Below, one piece after another: positions 1 to 12,355 of a stretch of DNA of 64,000 nucleotides. The DNA comes from Octopus bimaculoides. Its lineage: Eukaryota. The translations under genes were made by a program, and so were the position numbers. The notes under the pieces are model-generated. The model saw nothing but the letters and a program-made list of their open reading frames with translations, did no database searches and was not told where the DNA came from. Where the stretch lies: positions 19,050,028 through 19,114,027 of the forward strand of contig NC_068995.1 in NCBI RefSeq assembly GCF_001194135.2, written 5' to 3'. Position 1 is the stretch's first letter. Each line of letters starts with the position of its first letter.

Positions 1-2102
1 TATATATATATATATATATATGTATGTATATGTATATATAAATGTATGTATATAGATAGATAGATAGATGGATAGATAGATAGATAGATAGATAAGCACG
101 TGTAAAGAGAAATGGACGGCAGAATGTCTCTCAGATTATTGACTTATATGTAAATGAGACATTAACGTGCCTTAAGTAGTTATAATTAAACTCCTCTAGT
201 TGAGTTCATGTCAACATATTTGAAGAACATACAAACATCAATACATAATTATAACTGATGGACACACGCACGTGTGTACGTGTATGTGTCCATGTTAGCA
301 TGTACTTGCTAGTGTGTGTGTTGTCTCTTACTGTGTTTACGTAGGAATGATGTAGACGGTGTCACTGGAATGTTAATTTCATTTATAACGATATATAAAG
401 CATTATGTATATATATATATATATATAAAAAAATGTATGTATGTATGTATATATANNNNNNNNNNNNNNNNNNNNNNNNNNNNNNNNNNNNNNNNNNNNN
501 NNNNNNNNNNNNNNNNNNNNNNNNNNNNNNNNNNNNNNNNNNNNNNNNNNNNNNNNNNNNNNNNNNNNNNNNNNNNNNNNNNNNNTATATATATATATAT
601 ATGTTTGTGTATATGCATATTTATATATAATATATGTACATATTTGTATTTTATATATACAATCATATTCAAAATATACGTCTAGATACAAGCACAGTAT
701 ATGTATCTGTGCGTGGGTTCCTATATATAGATATATGCATACACACACACGCACACATGTATACGTAAGGCGGTAATTTTTACAACCAACTATAAAACGT
801 GCGTAGGTAGCTCTTTTATCTCTTGATATTTCGATATATATACAATATTTTATTGCAATTATTTTCTATGTTCTTGTATACATGATGAAACCTTACATAA
901 AATATACATTTGAAATGATTCCTCTGATGAGAGGCAGACAATTCTCCCCTCTGTCCAAGAATTCATCAAGTTCTCATTCAGTGGTTTATAAAATTAAAAC
1001 ATTGATAGTTTGTTAATACTGCTATAAAACATTAGGGAATGAATCATAAATTTGATGGTATTCAATGTTGGAATTTTTCCAGTTTCAGCTGCAACATTAA
1101 ACGACTTCTGGTCATGAAAATATGGTTGTATGATAATCCTACTCGAATCTGGATCAGTGCCAATCATTCTGGAGACAATATTATAATACTAACCTGTTAT
1201 CAATAGGTAGAATTTTTGCTGATGATCACCACATCTCATAAGTGGAATGAAGCCAATAATTCGGAAACAAATGGTTCAATAAATACGTTTATCTATAGAA
1301 ATTGATGTAATTTTAAATATAGAAGTTAATGTGTGTAGGTTGAATATATGCATTATCTTTTTATCGTTCAAAAATATTCTCGTCTTTGTTCATACATATT
1401 AATTGAATTATGTATTTTTGTTAATTCCTATTCATTTCGAAAATAATGCGTTGTAATTTGCTTTTAGAATCTAAAACTTGCAATATATGCTAATACACAT
1501 TTTTTTTTTCTTGATACTGCAATGTTACAATTCGTTTGAACCGTTTCTGTTTCATTTACTTGTATAAGTGAAAATGAGTCTTGTTTTGAGATGTTTCTCA
1601 CAATAGTTCAAAAAGAGTAATTCATCAGTTGCATTTAAGGTGTCTTTACTAGACAGATGATCTTTGAAATATCGTCACTGAATACAGAAACAAGTGCAAA
1701 TAGACTGAAATGCTTTCAAAGCAAACATGCCAATGACAGTGAAACGTTATACATTGCATATTCCATTTCCGATATACATTCACACACACAAACACACACA
1801 CACACACACACGCACACACACACACGCACACTCATACATACAAACATACAAACACACGCATACACACGCATACATACCTACATACATACATACATACATG
1901 CATACAGACATATATATATATAGTATAGGACAATAAATAGCAAATAATATATATGTATATATGGTTACAGGACGTCACGAACGATGCGACTAACCGACTA
2001 ACATGAAATACATAAACAATGAGATATACTGGAAAACAGGACAAGTAAACGCAGAAAAAGGACCCTTCATCAGTTGTCGGCTGTCTATCTACTCCTCATT
2101 TC

Positions 2103-2164
<62 letters not shown>

Positions 2165-2609
2165 TAGACCTTTTGGTGAATCCTGTTATACTTAAGTACT
2201 AGTTTATTTTATTATTATTTATTCAACCATAAACAAAAATTAACCCACCAATTGTTTTTCTAGTTTATTCATTTGCTCATCGACTTCAAGTTTTACACTG
2301 CAAAATGGTATGATTCTAATTTATTAAGCCTTCTTTCTTCATCTCGAAGCCCTGTTCTCTCCTCTTCCCTCTTTTCTTCTTTTATTTTATGTATTTGTAT
2401 TCACTTTAATGAAGCTCCGTTTACAAGATCGGACGTCCTATGAAGAAGGCGAATATTATTCTCATAGTTTTTTGGGGAGGCACCGACTGACATTGGTCGC
2501 AGAAACGGCTGTTAGCAAAGTTAAAGCTTTGTATTAAAAAAATATAATTAACCAATTATAGTCAATTTATTTGTTGATGAATTTTTTTTTCATTTTCAGC
2601 TTATTTTAA

Positions 2610-2645
<36 letters not shown>

Positions 2646-2649
<4 letters not shown>

Positions 2650-2714
2650 GGGATTACTTTCGGTTTCACGTCTATTAAGGGTTCAGTTTTATGGGCTATC
2701 ATCAGATGTCAAAA
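2646..2714 (-). ncRNA. Second, inverted copy of the same hammerhead-like motif (more decayed)
   Basis: Minus strand reads gacat-CTGATGA-t-agcccataaaactgaacccttaatagacgt-GAAA-ccgaaag-TA, colinear with and similar to the + copy at 2751-2806. Confidence 0.5.
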
Positions 2715-2744
2715 TCCTGTTGGCCCAAGGTTTTTGACCAACTG

Positions 2745-2816
2745 TTTTTTACGATCTGACGATACGCCATAAAACTACACCCTCAATGGACGGGAAACCT
2801 AAGGTAATTTCATAAA
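2745..2816 (+). ncRNA. Type I hammerhead ribozyme-like motif (Penelope-type, partly decayed)
   Basis: CTGACGA core 2756-2762. Stem II cgccat/atgg(a)cg. GAAA 2794-2797. Near-palindromic stem III ACCT-A-AGGT. GTA cleavage triplet 2804-2806. Downstream at(tt)cataaa can partly pair with upstream ttttacgat (stem I). Confidence 0.6.
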
Positions 2817-3220
2817 CAGGCCTTCACTGTTTTGATCATATACTGCTCTACATTTTAGAGTGATTTGTGGACATACTATTGCCTTCTGTAATGCAGAGCA
2901 TACATGGAAATGCAAACATGTAAGCATAATTTCGTTCGCACTGAAATTATTACTATAGGAAAAGGGTTGGAAAACGGCAGTGCTCAAGTGGTTAAATGAA
3001 TACATTCACCTGTCATTACCTCCTGCTGTTTATGGCTTCCCACACACGCATAGTTTGAGAGAGGTGGGAGAGCCTGTATTTAAATACAAAGTCGGGACCG
3101 CATAGTAGGGCGAGGAAGAAAAATACAATACAAGGTTAGAGACTGCTTGAGTGAATAAAAAAGAAACCATGTAGGCAAGGAGGGCGTAAAAGGGTAGATG
3201 TTTAGACGCTAGACCGAATA

Positions 3221-3415
3221 TCCTTTTCTACTCAAGGCACAAGGCCCGACATTTTAGGGAAGGGTCTAGTTCGCAATTGGTAGTTAATTCATCGTCCCCG
3301 AACGTATGACAGGCAAAGTCGACCTCGGCGGAATTTCAACTGTGAACGTAATGACAGACGAAATATGGCCAAGCATTTCGCTCAGCATGCCAACGTTCCC
3401 GCCAGTTCACCGACT
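3221..3415 (-). mobile_element. tRNA-derived SINE (octopus-type, tail ...ggccttgtgcc...gtagaaaagga)
   Basis: Contains gtcgacctcggcggaatt / gcatttcgc..gcatgccaacg..ccgccagttcacc, shared with the copies at 19061, 29913, 35016, 39790, 51440 and 60810. Confidence 0.8.
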
Positions 3416-4461
3416 TAGATGCTAGGCCGAAGATTGTAATATAAAGGAAGCAATGAGTAAATGCCTATAAATATATCTTTAGTCCTCACATAACAGACAT
3501 AACAAAAACAAACAATGTACATGCAAGTCTGGGTAACGCATGTATGCAGAAGTATGGTGACTCTGAAAATGAAATAGGAGATACTCTTGCCTGTGAAAAT
3601 TGACAGATCTATATTGTGAAATGATTATGCGAGGATACGAATAATTATTGGAAATAAAGTATTTTAATTAGCGTATGATATAGGCAAGCTGGAGAAATTA
3701 TTTCAGTATGAGGAATTGCAGAAGCAAAGGGTGAAAGAATGTGGGAAAGTATTTTGTTGGGGAGTGTGAATTTTAAAGTAAAATTCGAAACGAAAGAGAT
3801 TTTGTACAGGTAGAATTCTCTAAGGTGTAGAAAAGTCCTAGTAATTGGTAAAGAACACCGATTATACAGTGGAAGAAGGTGAGACAAGGTACATACAACA
3901 CAAAGACATTTCAAAAGTGTCTGTGCACACACAAGCGCATACACCCATACCCATTTGCACACATGACCATGCACATTTACATGCACATATTTATGTTGTG
4001 TTCTGAAACTATGCTTTTGTGCCCGCTGTATCACTTGTCGTATAATCTTCGATCGACACTCTCACACCTGACTGCAGGTACTTCCGAGAATAAATTGAGT
4101 TTCCGTCACTTCATTATTGATGCAATGAACAGTATTAAGTTATCCTGATATATTTGAACATATTCGTCTCTCAAATGTATGTCTTAAACCTTTAAAGAAT
4201 TTTGAGTGTCCATGGTTTTCAACTTCCTTATAACGAAACTTATTCGTTTCAAGAGGCTTCTAGAAACATGTATGCTTCTGAAATTCTTTTATTCTTTTAC
4301 TTGTTTTAGTGATTTGACTGCGGCCATGCTGGAGCACCTATTCGGATTTTTTTTTTTTTACAATGCATTTGTAAAGATTTTCGACAGTTCGATTTCACCT
4401 AATTTGAAAAATTTACACTTAAGCTAATGATTTCAAAAATAAAATACAATGTCATCAAAGT

Positions 4462-5561
4462 TTGGGAAAGAGAAAAATCGTGTTTTCTCCTCTGACAACC
4501 CTGAGTAAGACAACGGCTGAGGGTGGCGGCAAGAACAATAGCATTATTGAAAGCAATGTATTTGAAAGTTTGGTGAGGATACAATGGAGATGGTTACAGT
4601 TCAAAATCCATCTCGCTTACCGACTGGAGAGTGTGATGTTAGCAAAGACGATCTCAGAAGCTGTAGCGTTAGTGTTAATAGCATTGACGGCGACAACAGC
4701 AACAGAAGTAGCTGCGACAGCAGTTGCGGTAGAAGCAGCATTGACAGCAACAGTAGCGACGGTAGTAGCGGCAATATTGGCGAGGCTACCAACAATAGTA
4801 ATATCAAAGTGGAAGAAGACAACCGTAAAAACGATCACAGTTCGAGATGGAGCAAAAGCTGTAAGAACACCAGCAACAGCAACAATAGTAATGCCTTTCC
4901 GGGGCGTAGCCGCTACAAAGGGGATATTTGCTTTCTCCTCCAGGGATAAAACCTCAAAACTGACTGATGTGGCTAGATTTACAAAACTATTGAGAGGAGA
5001 GGAGCAGAGTTTACACCCCACCTCCTGCGACTCTAGATGCTCCAGCTCGAAAATAGTGGCATTCAGATTATTCAGCCTCAAATCTAGGAGTCTGGAAACT
5101 ACCACGTGCCTCTAAATTGACATTGGACACATATGAAGAGTAAGGCAGTTCTGCGGGGTACTGGTAATACAGCACACAGTGGCCGCTCGACTATTTGTGA
5201 AGAGTGGTGAAAATAATAACACAACGGGTTCCATCAGAACTAGATTCCTTGTGAGTTCTGGCTTGTGTGGGTTTGAAGTATAGTAAAACGTCACAATAAA
5301 AATAATGGATTACTGGATAAAGATCGCACAGGAGGTGCTTCCCCGTGTAAAACCTATTCAGCTGAGATGATCTGTAATCGTTTTTATAGCAGCGGCAATG
5401 TTTGCAGTGGTAAGGCCTCCCTTTCTCCAATAAATATTCTTAGGAAATGTATGTCTCAGATCGGAGCTTTGTCCAAAATTTCAAGAACTAAGAATTTACA
5501 TTCTCGTTGTGGAACACCGTCATTTTGTGATGATTCTAAACAGATGGAGAATATGAAATAG
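4462..5561 (+). other. GC-balanced, coding-like degenerate segment (Ser/Asn-rich ORF 4566-4949 followed by broken frames); origin unassigned
   Basis: Overlapping ORFs of 217 aa and 121 aa, the latter low-complexity S/N/D. Downstream frames such as TPPPATLDAPARK*WHSDYSASNLGVWKLPRASKL are interrupted by stops. Confidence 0.3.
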
Positions 5562-6899
5562 TGGAAAACAATTCAGTCATCAAAATATTCAGTTGACTTC
5601 TTCCTTTTCCAACTCACTAAATTGTTTAGCAAATCTCGTTAGTATTACTAAGTTCATCTTTATAATTGCTTCAGATCAAAACATTTGCTCGGTCAGTGTA
5701 CCAAGTTAACATTTATGAGACCGATCCTGGAAAGATGAAAATGAAAGTAGATGCATCATTTCAACGCGAGATGAAATTAGAAGAAATATTATTATTTTTT
5801 TTTAGATCTAGCGATCAGCTATGCAGTATTATATTTAATCAACACTTAACTAAAATATTATTTTAGGCTTCTGATGTAATTAACTTGGTTGTGACTATGT
5901 TTAAACATATTTTGCAAATAACGTCATTCCGCTACTATTTTTTAAGTCTGTATACAATTTGAACCTCGCCATGACGGTAGCGTGCGATTCGGGTGAGGAC
6001 TAAGAGACTCATTCAACGCCGAAAAGCCATGATTTATCATCTTTTTGAGCAAAAATGGAAATCATTATAATCTAGTATTGTGCATGTCAATTTAGGTATG
6101 TCTACTAATTTTAATAATATATTGAATAATGGAAATAATCAGTGACAATATTAAACTATTTCATCATTCAAAACGCATCCACTGTACGTAACACCTAGCA
6201 AAAATAACTGAAAGTTTTGAGTTCAAGATAACTGATCAATACCAGTAATACATGGTTAAAATAATGTCAATGAATTCAAGAATACCCATCACATTGATAA
6301 GATAATCCGTCGCCAAACCAGTCAGTTTTAGCACTAAATTGCATCATGCTTGACCACAAGAAAGGGCGCCACATCCAACCTATAAATACACACTTAAAGA
6401 CTTAAAGTTTAATGTCAACAAAGATTTCTATTCTACAAGTCAACATTTTTCGGTAATGCAACTAATTTACTTGAGAAATTGAAAATGCTGTTAACCTGAA
6501 TGAACCTCTGGTATTGTTAATACACAGCAATTATTAATGCCAGTTGATGAGGTCAGTGTTAACGGCTTATTCAATTCCTCTCAATGAATTCCATTAAGGT
6601 TACTAATTTCTTTTAATTAGGAAATGCCATCAGATGTTGTCATCATTAATTGCAAACAATTTCTCCTCGTTATCTCTTATTTGTCTCCGAAAGTCCTACA
6701 GTATTTAAACATTTTCCATTTCTGTCTTCAACGTCACGCAGAAAATGAAGTAAAAAAAGAAAACGGTTAATATGCACACGATAGTTTTATGTCCAAGCCA
6801 AAACAAAAATTGTTACTTAATTGCGTGCATGTACGCCTGTCTGTCTGTATGCATGTGTCTATCTATCTATTTTTCTTTGTGTATATAATCTATATATAA

Positions 6900-7080
6900 A
6901 TACAAAATGGGACAAGAGCGCAAAACATCCAGAGAGTTAGGTGACACAAGAAAGGGACAGCAAAACATCCAGATAGACGATACAAAGAAAACAAGGATGG
7001 ATTATTCGGAGTTTTCTTTCCTCAGTCGAGTTCCAAATTATCTTTGTAATTTCGGTTGATTATACCCGAGATTACTCCAA
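6900..7080. repeat. Interspersed repeat fragment (probably a Penelope-associated terminus)
   Basis: Internal duplication caaaacatccaga x2. tcagtcgagttccaaattatctttg...gagattactccaat resembles an abundant octopus repeat (from recall). Confidence 0.35.
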
Positions 7081-7088
7081 TATATATA

Positions 7089-7123
<35 letters not shown>

Positions 7124-7669
7124 NNNNNNNNNNNNNNNNNNNNNNNNNNNNNTTTACGTGTGCGTGTACGCTCGTGTACGTATGTTTGTGTGTGATTGGA
7201 ATGCGTATATTTTTTCGACTAGAGCTTTGCATATTCTTATATATAACTGGCCAGAAATCGCTCTCATCAAGCGAAATATTTGATGATGTTTCTGCATCAT
7301 CTTGAACGTCTTCTTGTGATATTTTCCGATCTCCTGTTTTTTAATAAAGAACTGCCCGCGTCCACTGGGTCGCTGTGAAATTTCGCCGTAATATTCACTC
7401 TACACAACTGATTCTCAAACAGGCTCCATATAAGACTTTTGTGGTCTGCGCAACAAGACAGTAAATGTTATCCACAATAGTATTTTAAGAGCCTCTAAAA
7501 AATTTTGGTTTAGACGTATGTATTGATATGCATTGCAAGAAACAACAATGGTTCCTTCTCTACTATCTTATATAGATCAACATATTCAAGTTAAAGTATG
7601 AAAAAATAAATATCAATTTTGAGGGAAGTTTCTGTAAAACTAGTTGTTAAACATGGAATGATATTTTTC

Positions 7670-7735
7670 TCATGATATCCATCGCATGATATTCATCGCA
7701 TGATATTCTCCGCAATGATATTCATCGAATTGATC
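7670..7735 (+). repeat. Degenerate ~14-bp minisatellite (tcatcgcatgatat)
   Basis: catgatatccatcgcatgatattcatcgcatgatattctccgcaatgatattcatcgaattgatc; 4-5 units. Confidence 0.75.
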
Positions 7736-8055
7736 TTCCAATGGTTTTCTGTACCGTTGTCAATCACTATCCTTCTGTGTTTGCAATAGTTCATATCTAA
7801 TTTCCGAATAAAAGCGAAGGCAAGTTATTGACATTGAAGATATGACATGCAATGTCATGCCTCTGATTTGGGGGGCATATCTTACATCAAGGCAAAAGCC
7901 TTCCATTCAGCTCCTAGTCGGCGAGAAACTACGATTTATGGATATCCAACTTCGTTTCCTATATTTCGACAATTCTCTCCCACTAATCTGCTCTCTTCTA
8001 CATTTCTGGAAGAAGGTGGAGAAATGAATAGAGGAGGAGGAAATAATAGAAAAGC

Positions 8056-8100
<45 letters not shown>

Positions 8101-8109
8101 AACGCAGCA

Positions 8110-8345
8110 GCAGCATATAGGTGGAGAGCATCAGGATATTGTCGAAGTATCTCAGGATTAAGATACATGAGTGGCAGGTGTGAAGCGCCGATCGTACCAG
8201 TTGGTCCAAGCATGAGATTGCCAACAGACCTGAGAGGCTGGATCAATAGGCAGACCTCTATTCTACTCGTATACTTCTGCATTTTGATGTTTAGCCATTC
8301 TCGGATGTCTGGGTTGTAAGACCGAAAGGGCAGATGTTGATGAAA
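8110..8345 (+). mobile_element. RTE-clade LINE 3' end remnant
   Basis: EWQV*SADRTSWS resembles the RTE 'WE.lA.DR..W' motif. YFCILMFSHSRMSGL*DRKGRC** resembles the RTE C-terminal 'C..C.r...SriGL.sH.r.C'. Flanked by (TAG)n and (GAA)n. Confidence 0.5.
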
Positions 8346-8408
8346 GACGAATGGGGTAGCAGAAAAAAATGCCGGGTTAGGAGAAGAATAAGGGGGGAGG
8401 AGGACAAA

Positions 8409-8558
8409 GAAGAAGAAGAAGAAGAAGAAGAAGAAGAAGAAGAAGAAGAAGAAGAAGAAGAAGAAGAAGAAGAAGAAGAAGAAGAAGAAGAAGAAGAAGA
8501 AGAAGAAGAAGAAGAAGAAGAAGAAGAAGAAGAAGAAGAAGAAGAAGAAGAAGAAGAA
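8409..8558 (+). repeat. (GAA)n microsatellite
   Basis: About 50 perfect GAA units. Confidence 0.98.
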
Positions 8559-8969
8559 AGAGCGCAAATTAACGTCAAATTCTGTCGGAAGCAGCGAGCA
8601 GGTAGTTAAAGTTTTTTTCTTTTTGTTTCTTTTTGTAACCGGTAAAATATTTTATTTACAGATTCAGATATTTCCTATCGAAGGAAGTTTCAGTGACACT
8701 GGCAATTAAATCACCCGAACAGCAATATCTTCAAAGCACTACGAATTAAGAAATACCGTGCTTCTTCACCTTTTGGAGTTTTGGCTGAAAACACCCAAAA
8801 TTAAGAGAAATATATCAATATATCCTTAATGCAATTATTTTCTTTCAACGAAAGTACCACAGACGGAAAGAAAGTCTACGAAGAAGACTAGAAACTACGG
8901 AGAAGACTATGAAGCTACTAGGAAATTTCCACATTTGTGACTAGGTTAACTGTCTTTGCACCTTTGTAG

Positions 8970-9268
8970 GTTACCAGATAATACTCAACAAATGCAGCAT
9001 GTGACACACCGGCAGCAGATCCGATATTTGTACACTATCTTCTGAAGCACATAACAACACAGGTTTCACAGATACGGAACACATCTCGAAATGCTGGAAG
9101 ATAAATGAATGTGGATCTGCTAAACAATCGGCGAACACAAGGAGCGTTGCTGTTAAAGACACACATGCCAAGCGTTACATCAACCCTTCTGGGTTACGCA
9201 GAATGGTTGATGTAATAAGTTGTGCTCTGATTGTGCCGGTGCTTGTATCGCGGCAACTAATACTATAA
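8970..9268 (+). other. Candidate terminal exon with one in-frame TGA (9002-9004)
   Basis: Acceptor tgtctttgcacctttgtag|G. Phase-1 frame GYQIILNKCSM*HTGSRSDICTL...VDVISCALIVPVLVSRQLIL*, with 87 open codons after the TGA and a hydrophobic C-terminus. No homology recognised. Confidence 0.2.
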
Positions 9269-10016
9269 ATTTATGTGAATACACACACAAACACTCACAC
9301 ACATACACAAAAACACACTAACACATACACAAAAACCTGTACACACATATAGCGCTTTATTTAGAAGATTGTACGTTCTGTCAACTTTCCACGTTGGAAC
9401 AAAAATAGGAGTATTAATAGAAATATACGGAAACAAATTTTAAATAAAATAAAAAAAATTGAACTATAAATATGGTTATATGATAAGAAATCTTCTGAAT
9501 GAGTCCATGCAAATGCATGTCCACGTGTGTATGTATGATGCAAAACGGTTGACGAAATGTATAATTATGCATGACATTAACATCTTCATGAACATACAAT
9601 TATAGTTTTAAAAACAAAAGTACACAGCCAACATACATGCATATTAAAATCGTAGTCACAAGTCAATATATTCAAACATGTACTACTGTCAAATATTTAA
9701 CTGATTCAGAATGAGTGCAATGCGTGAATGCAAGGATATATATATATATATTGACGTGTAGGTTTCTGTGTCGTTTTGCATTTCTGTAAGTGCGTGCGGA
9801 CGTGGGTTTGTATCTAAATACATACATTCATACATACATACTTATATACATAAATATATATATATATATATATATATGTGTATGTATGTATGTATATATA
9901 CACTTACGCACACTCAAACACAGACACACACGGAATACAGACACACATGAACGCGTATATATGTATATATATTTTATGTATATGTATATATTATGTGTAT
10001 ATGAATGTATGAATGC

Positions 10017-10063
<47 letters not shown>

Positions 10064-10531
10064 AAGCATATATAGAATATTTTCCGTAATTAATAAATTG
10101 AACAAAGCTTAGCCTGTGGCATAGTCACCTGTCAAAGTCAAAACTTTAGTCAGAATTGCAAGACTTTAGCCGTAACCTATAGATGGGTGTGAGATGTGGG
10201 TTGGATAAATGGAATCAAGAATCTTCAGCTGCCTTTTAATCTGTGGTATTAAAAATGGATCCATATATTGTCCTGTCAATTCCAGATAATCTCTGAAGAG
10301 GAAATGGTAAAATGCAAAATGTGTCAGCTAAGTATAGACGTTTTGTCATACACTACAGACCTAAAACACATACAAGCACACATAGCCAAAACACAGTCTC
10401 ACAGAAACGCTAGACTCACAGATAGAGACGAACACAGAAACAGACACACGCACATATATAAATATACACCTATATATGTACACACACGTATGTGTGTGAA
10501 TGTATATATATATATATGTGTACATATGTGC

Positions 10532-10570
<39 letters not shown>

Positions 10571-10608
10571 TACATATATACACACACACACACATATATA
10601 TATATATA

Positions 10609-10642
<34 letters not shown>

Positions 10643-11413
10643 ATGATTGATAGATAGATTGATAAATAGACGTGCCTGGGTGTGTATGTATATACATGTA
10701 AACGTGTGTACATATGTGAGTGTGTTTGTGTGCGTGTGTGTGTGTGTGTATGCGTGTGTGTATGAGATATGCGGAATATGAGACAGGGAAAGATTAAAAG
10801 AAAAGATGATAGAAAGAAAGACAACCATAAGCTGTGAAGTCACTGTGATGATGAGTAGATTGTGCTAGCCATGATATGCTTCGTATTTCGTAAAATGATT
10901 AGAAAAATACAAATCAATTGAGTATTACTTTAAAAGGAATATGTCACGCTTTGTTTGTCTTTCTGTATCTAGCTCACACATAGCTTAGAATCGTATAGAA
11001 ATTTTCCTCTTTGCCGCTGTTATTTCTTTGACTTACACCAGCAATATTTTATAATTCATGTAAATATTATTTTAGTAAATGTGTATAAGTATCTCTGTAT
11101 AAATTATTATGATGCGTCCTTAGTTGTTTTATTAGTACGATATTACATCATAGTCCCCTTGTTTTTAATGAGCCACCAATAATTCGCAGATTTCCCTCTT
11201 CCCCTGATAGGCATTACAGTTGCATTGCGTCGGGCCATGACAAACTAATGAATGCTCGATAACATGTTTCATCCGATTCCAGAAGCTTCCGAACCGCCGC
11301 ACGATTGAGTGCCCATAACGTGAAATCCAAGAACGTTTACTTCAAGTTGCACACATGTAAGTTTATCCATACAAACAGCTATACACAAATATTCAAACAC
11401 TCTGTGTTACAAA

Positions 11414-11474
<61 letters not shown>

Positions 11475-12141
11475 ATTTTATTTCTCTTTCTCTCTAATGC
11501 ACAGATTCACGCTCATAAATATGAATATCATTAAAGAATTATCAAGATCAAAATACAACTTCATTGTTTCTGACGCACTGTATGTTACCAAAACATATTT
11601 CCTCTAAAACCATAATTTAGTACAGCATTTTCTATGTAGGTGGTCGCTTATTTATCAGCAGCAGATATTGTTTCATATATTTCAACATAGAAGAATCATA
11701 TCGATTTTGTTGCATCAGTTTAGATACAAAAAACAAACACTAATTAACAATGCAATTAAAATATTAGAAGTGCGTCTTATTAATATCAGATTCTAAAACA
11801 AATATTGATATTCTGCACCCTATCAATAAACAAAGACATTTACTGATAGCGGAAAGCTATCGGTAAAATGTCATGTCTCACCATACCCATAACATATTTA
11901 CCTATGGCATTCCTACGATCATGCAGTCGTTTCGAAAACTATCAACAAGGACACAGAGTAACATCATATTTTCTTCGAGAGAAGGGAGAAAATGTGTATC
12001 AACCTCCAAAATATGGTGTTCAAATAATTCTCAAATTCAGCGATACAATCTCATACAAGAAGAGGATGCATTAGTTAATGTGTATTTTACATATAGTTCT
12101 ATATTTGAGACATGAGGAATTATATACGTTATTTTCATTAT

Positions 12142-12355
12142 TTACATTTGACAGATATTTGTCCTCATCATGTCCGCAATTTCCAACCTAAGGTTTGCTT
12201 TAATTTTTTTTTATAACGACATCAGAAAAATACCTTAAGAATGAGAACCCAGGTTCGAAATTCCCCCAGGACACCTGATGAATGCTGGAGAGTTCATCAG
12301 CCGAAGCATTGTGTTAACAACAAACAAGATGAGGACAAATATCCGTCAAATGTAA
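12142..12355. mobile_element. 214-bp element bounded by 28-bp inverted repeats; Penelope pseudo-LTR-like
   Basis: ttacatttgacagatatttgtcctcatc (12142-12169) vs gatgaggacaaatatccgtcaaatgtaa (12328-12355), 27/28 complementary. Internal CTGATGA-gctg..cagc-GAAG hammerhead-core remnant at 12275-12306. Confidence 0.6.

Noticed and set aside
924-956. CTGATGA-GAGG..CCTC hammerhead-like start
   Set aside because: No GAAA follows the stem, so the catalytic core is incomplete.
2859-2919. Plus-strand 61-nt exon candidate (VICGHTIAFCNAEHTWKCKH)
   Set aside because: No recognisable homology and no compatible partner exon; such signals arise by chance in AT-rich DNA.
7886-8005. Minus-strand exon candidate containing SRRLGAEWKAFAL (death-domain-like)
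   Set aside because: The 120-nt exon defined by the strong acceptor has stops in all three frames, and the short motif alone is insufficient.
9104-9146. SECIS-like ATGA...AAA...GA arrangement
   Set aside because: Helix II is poorly paired, the 3' GA quartet is out of register, and it lies inside the putative reading frame.
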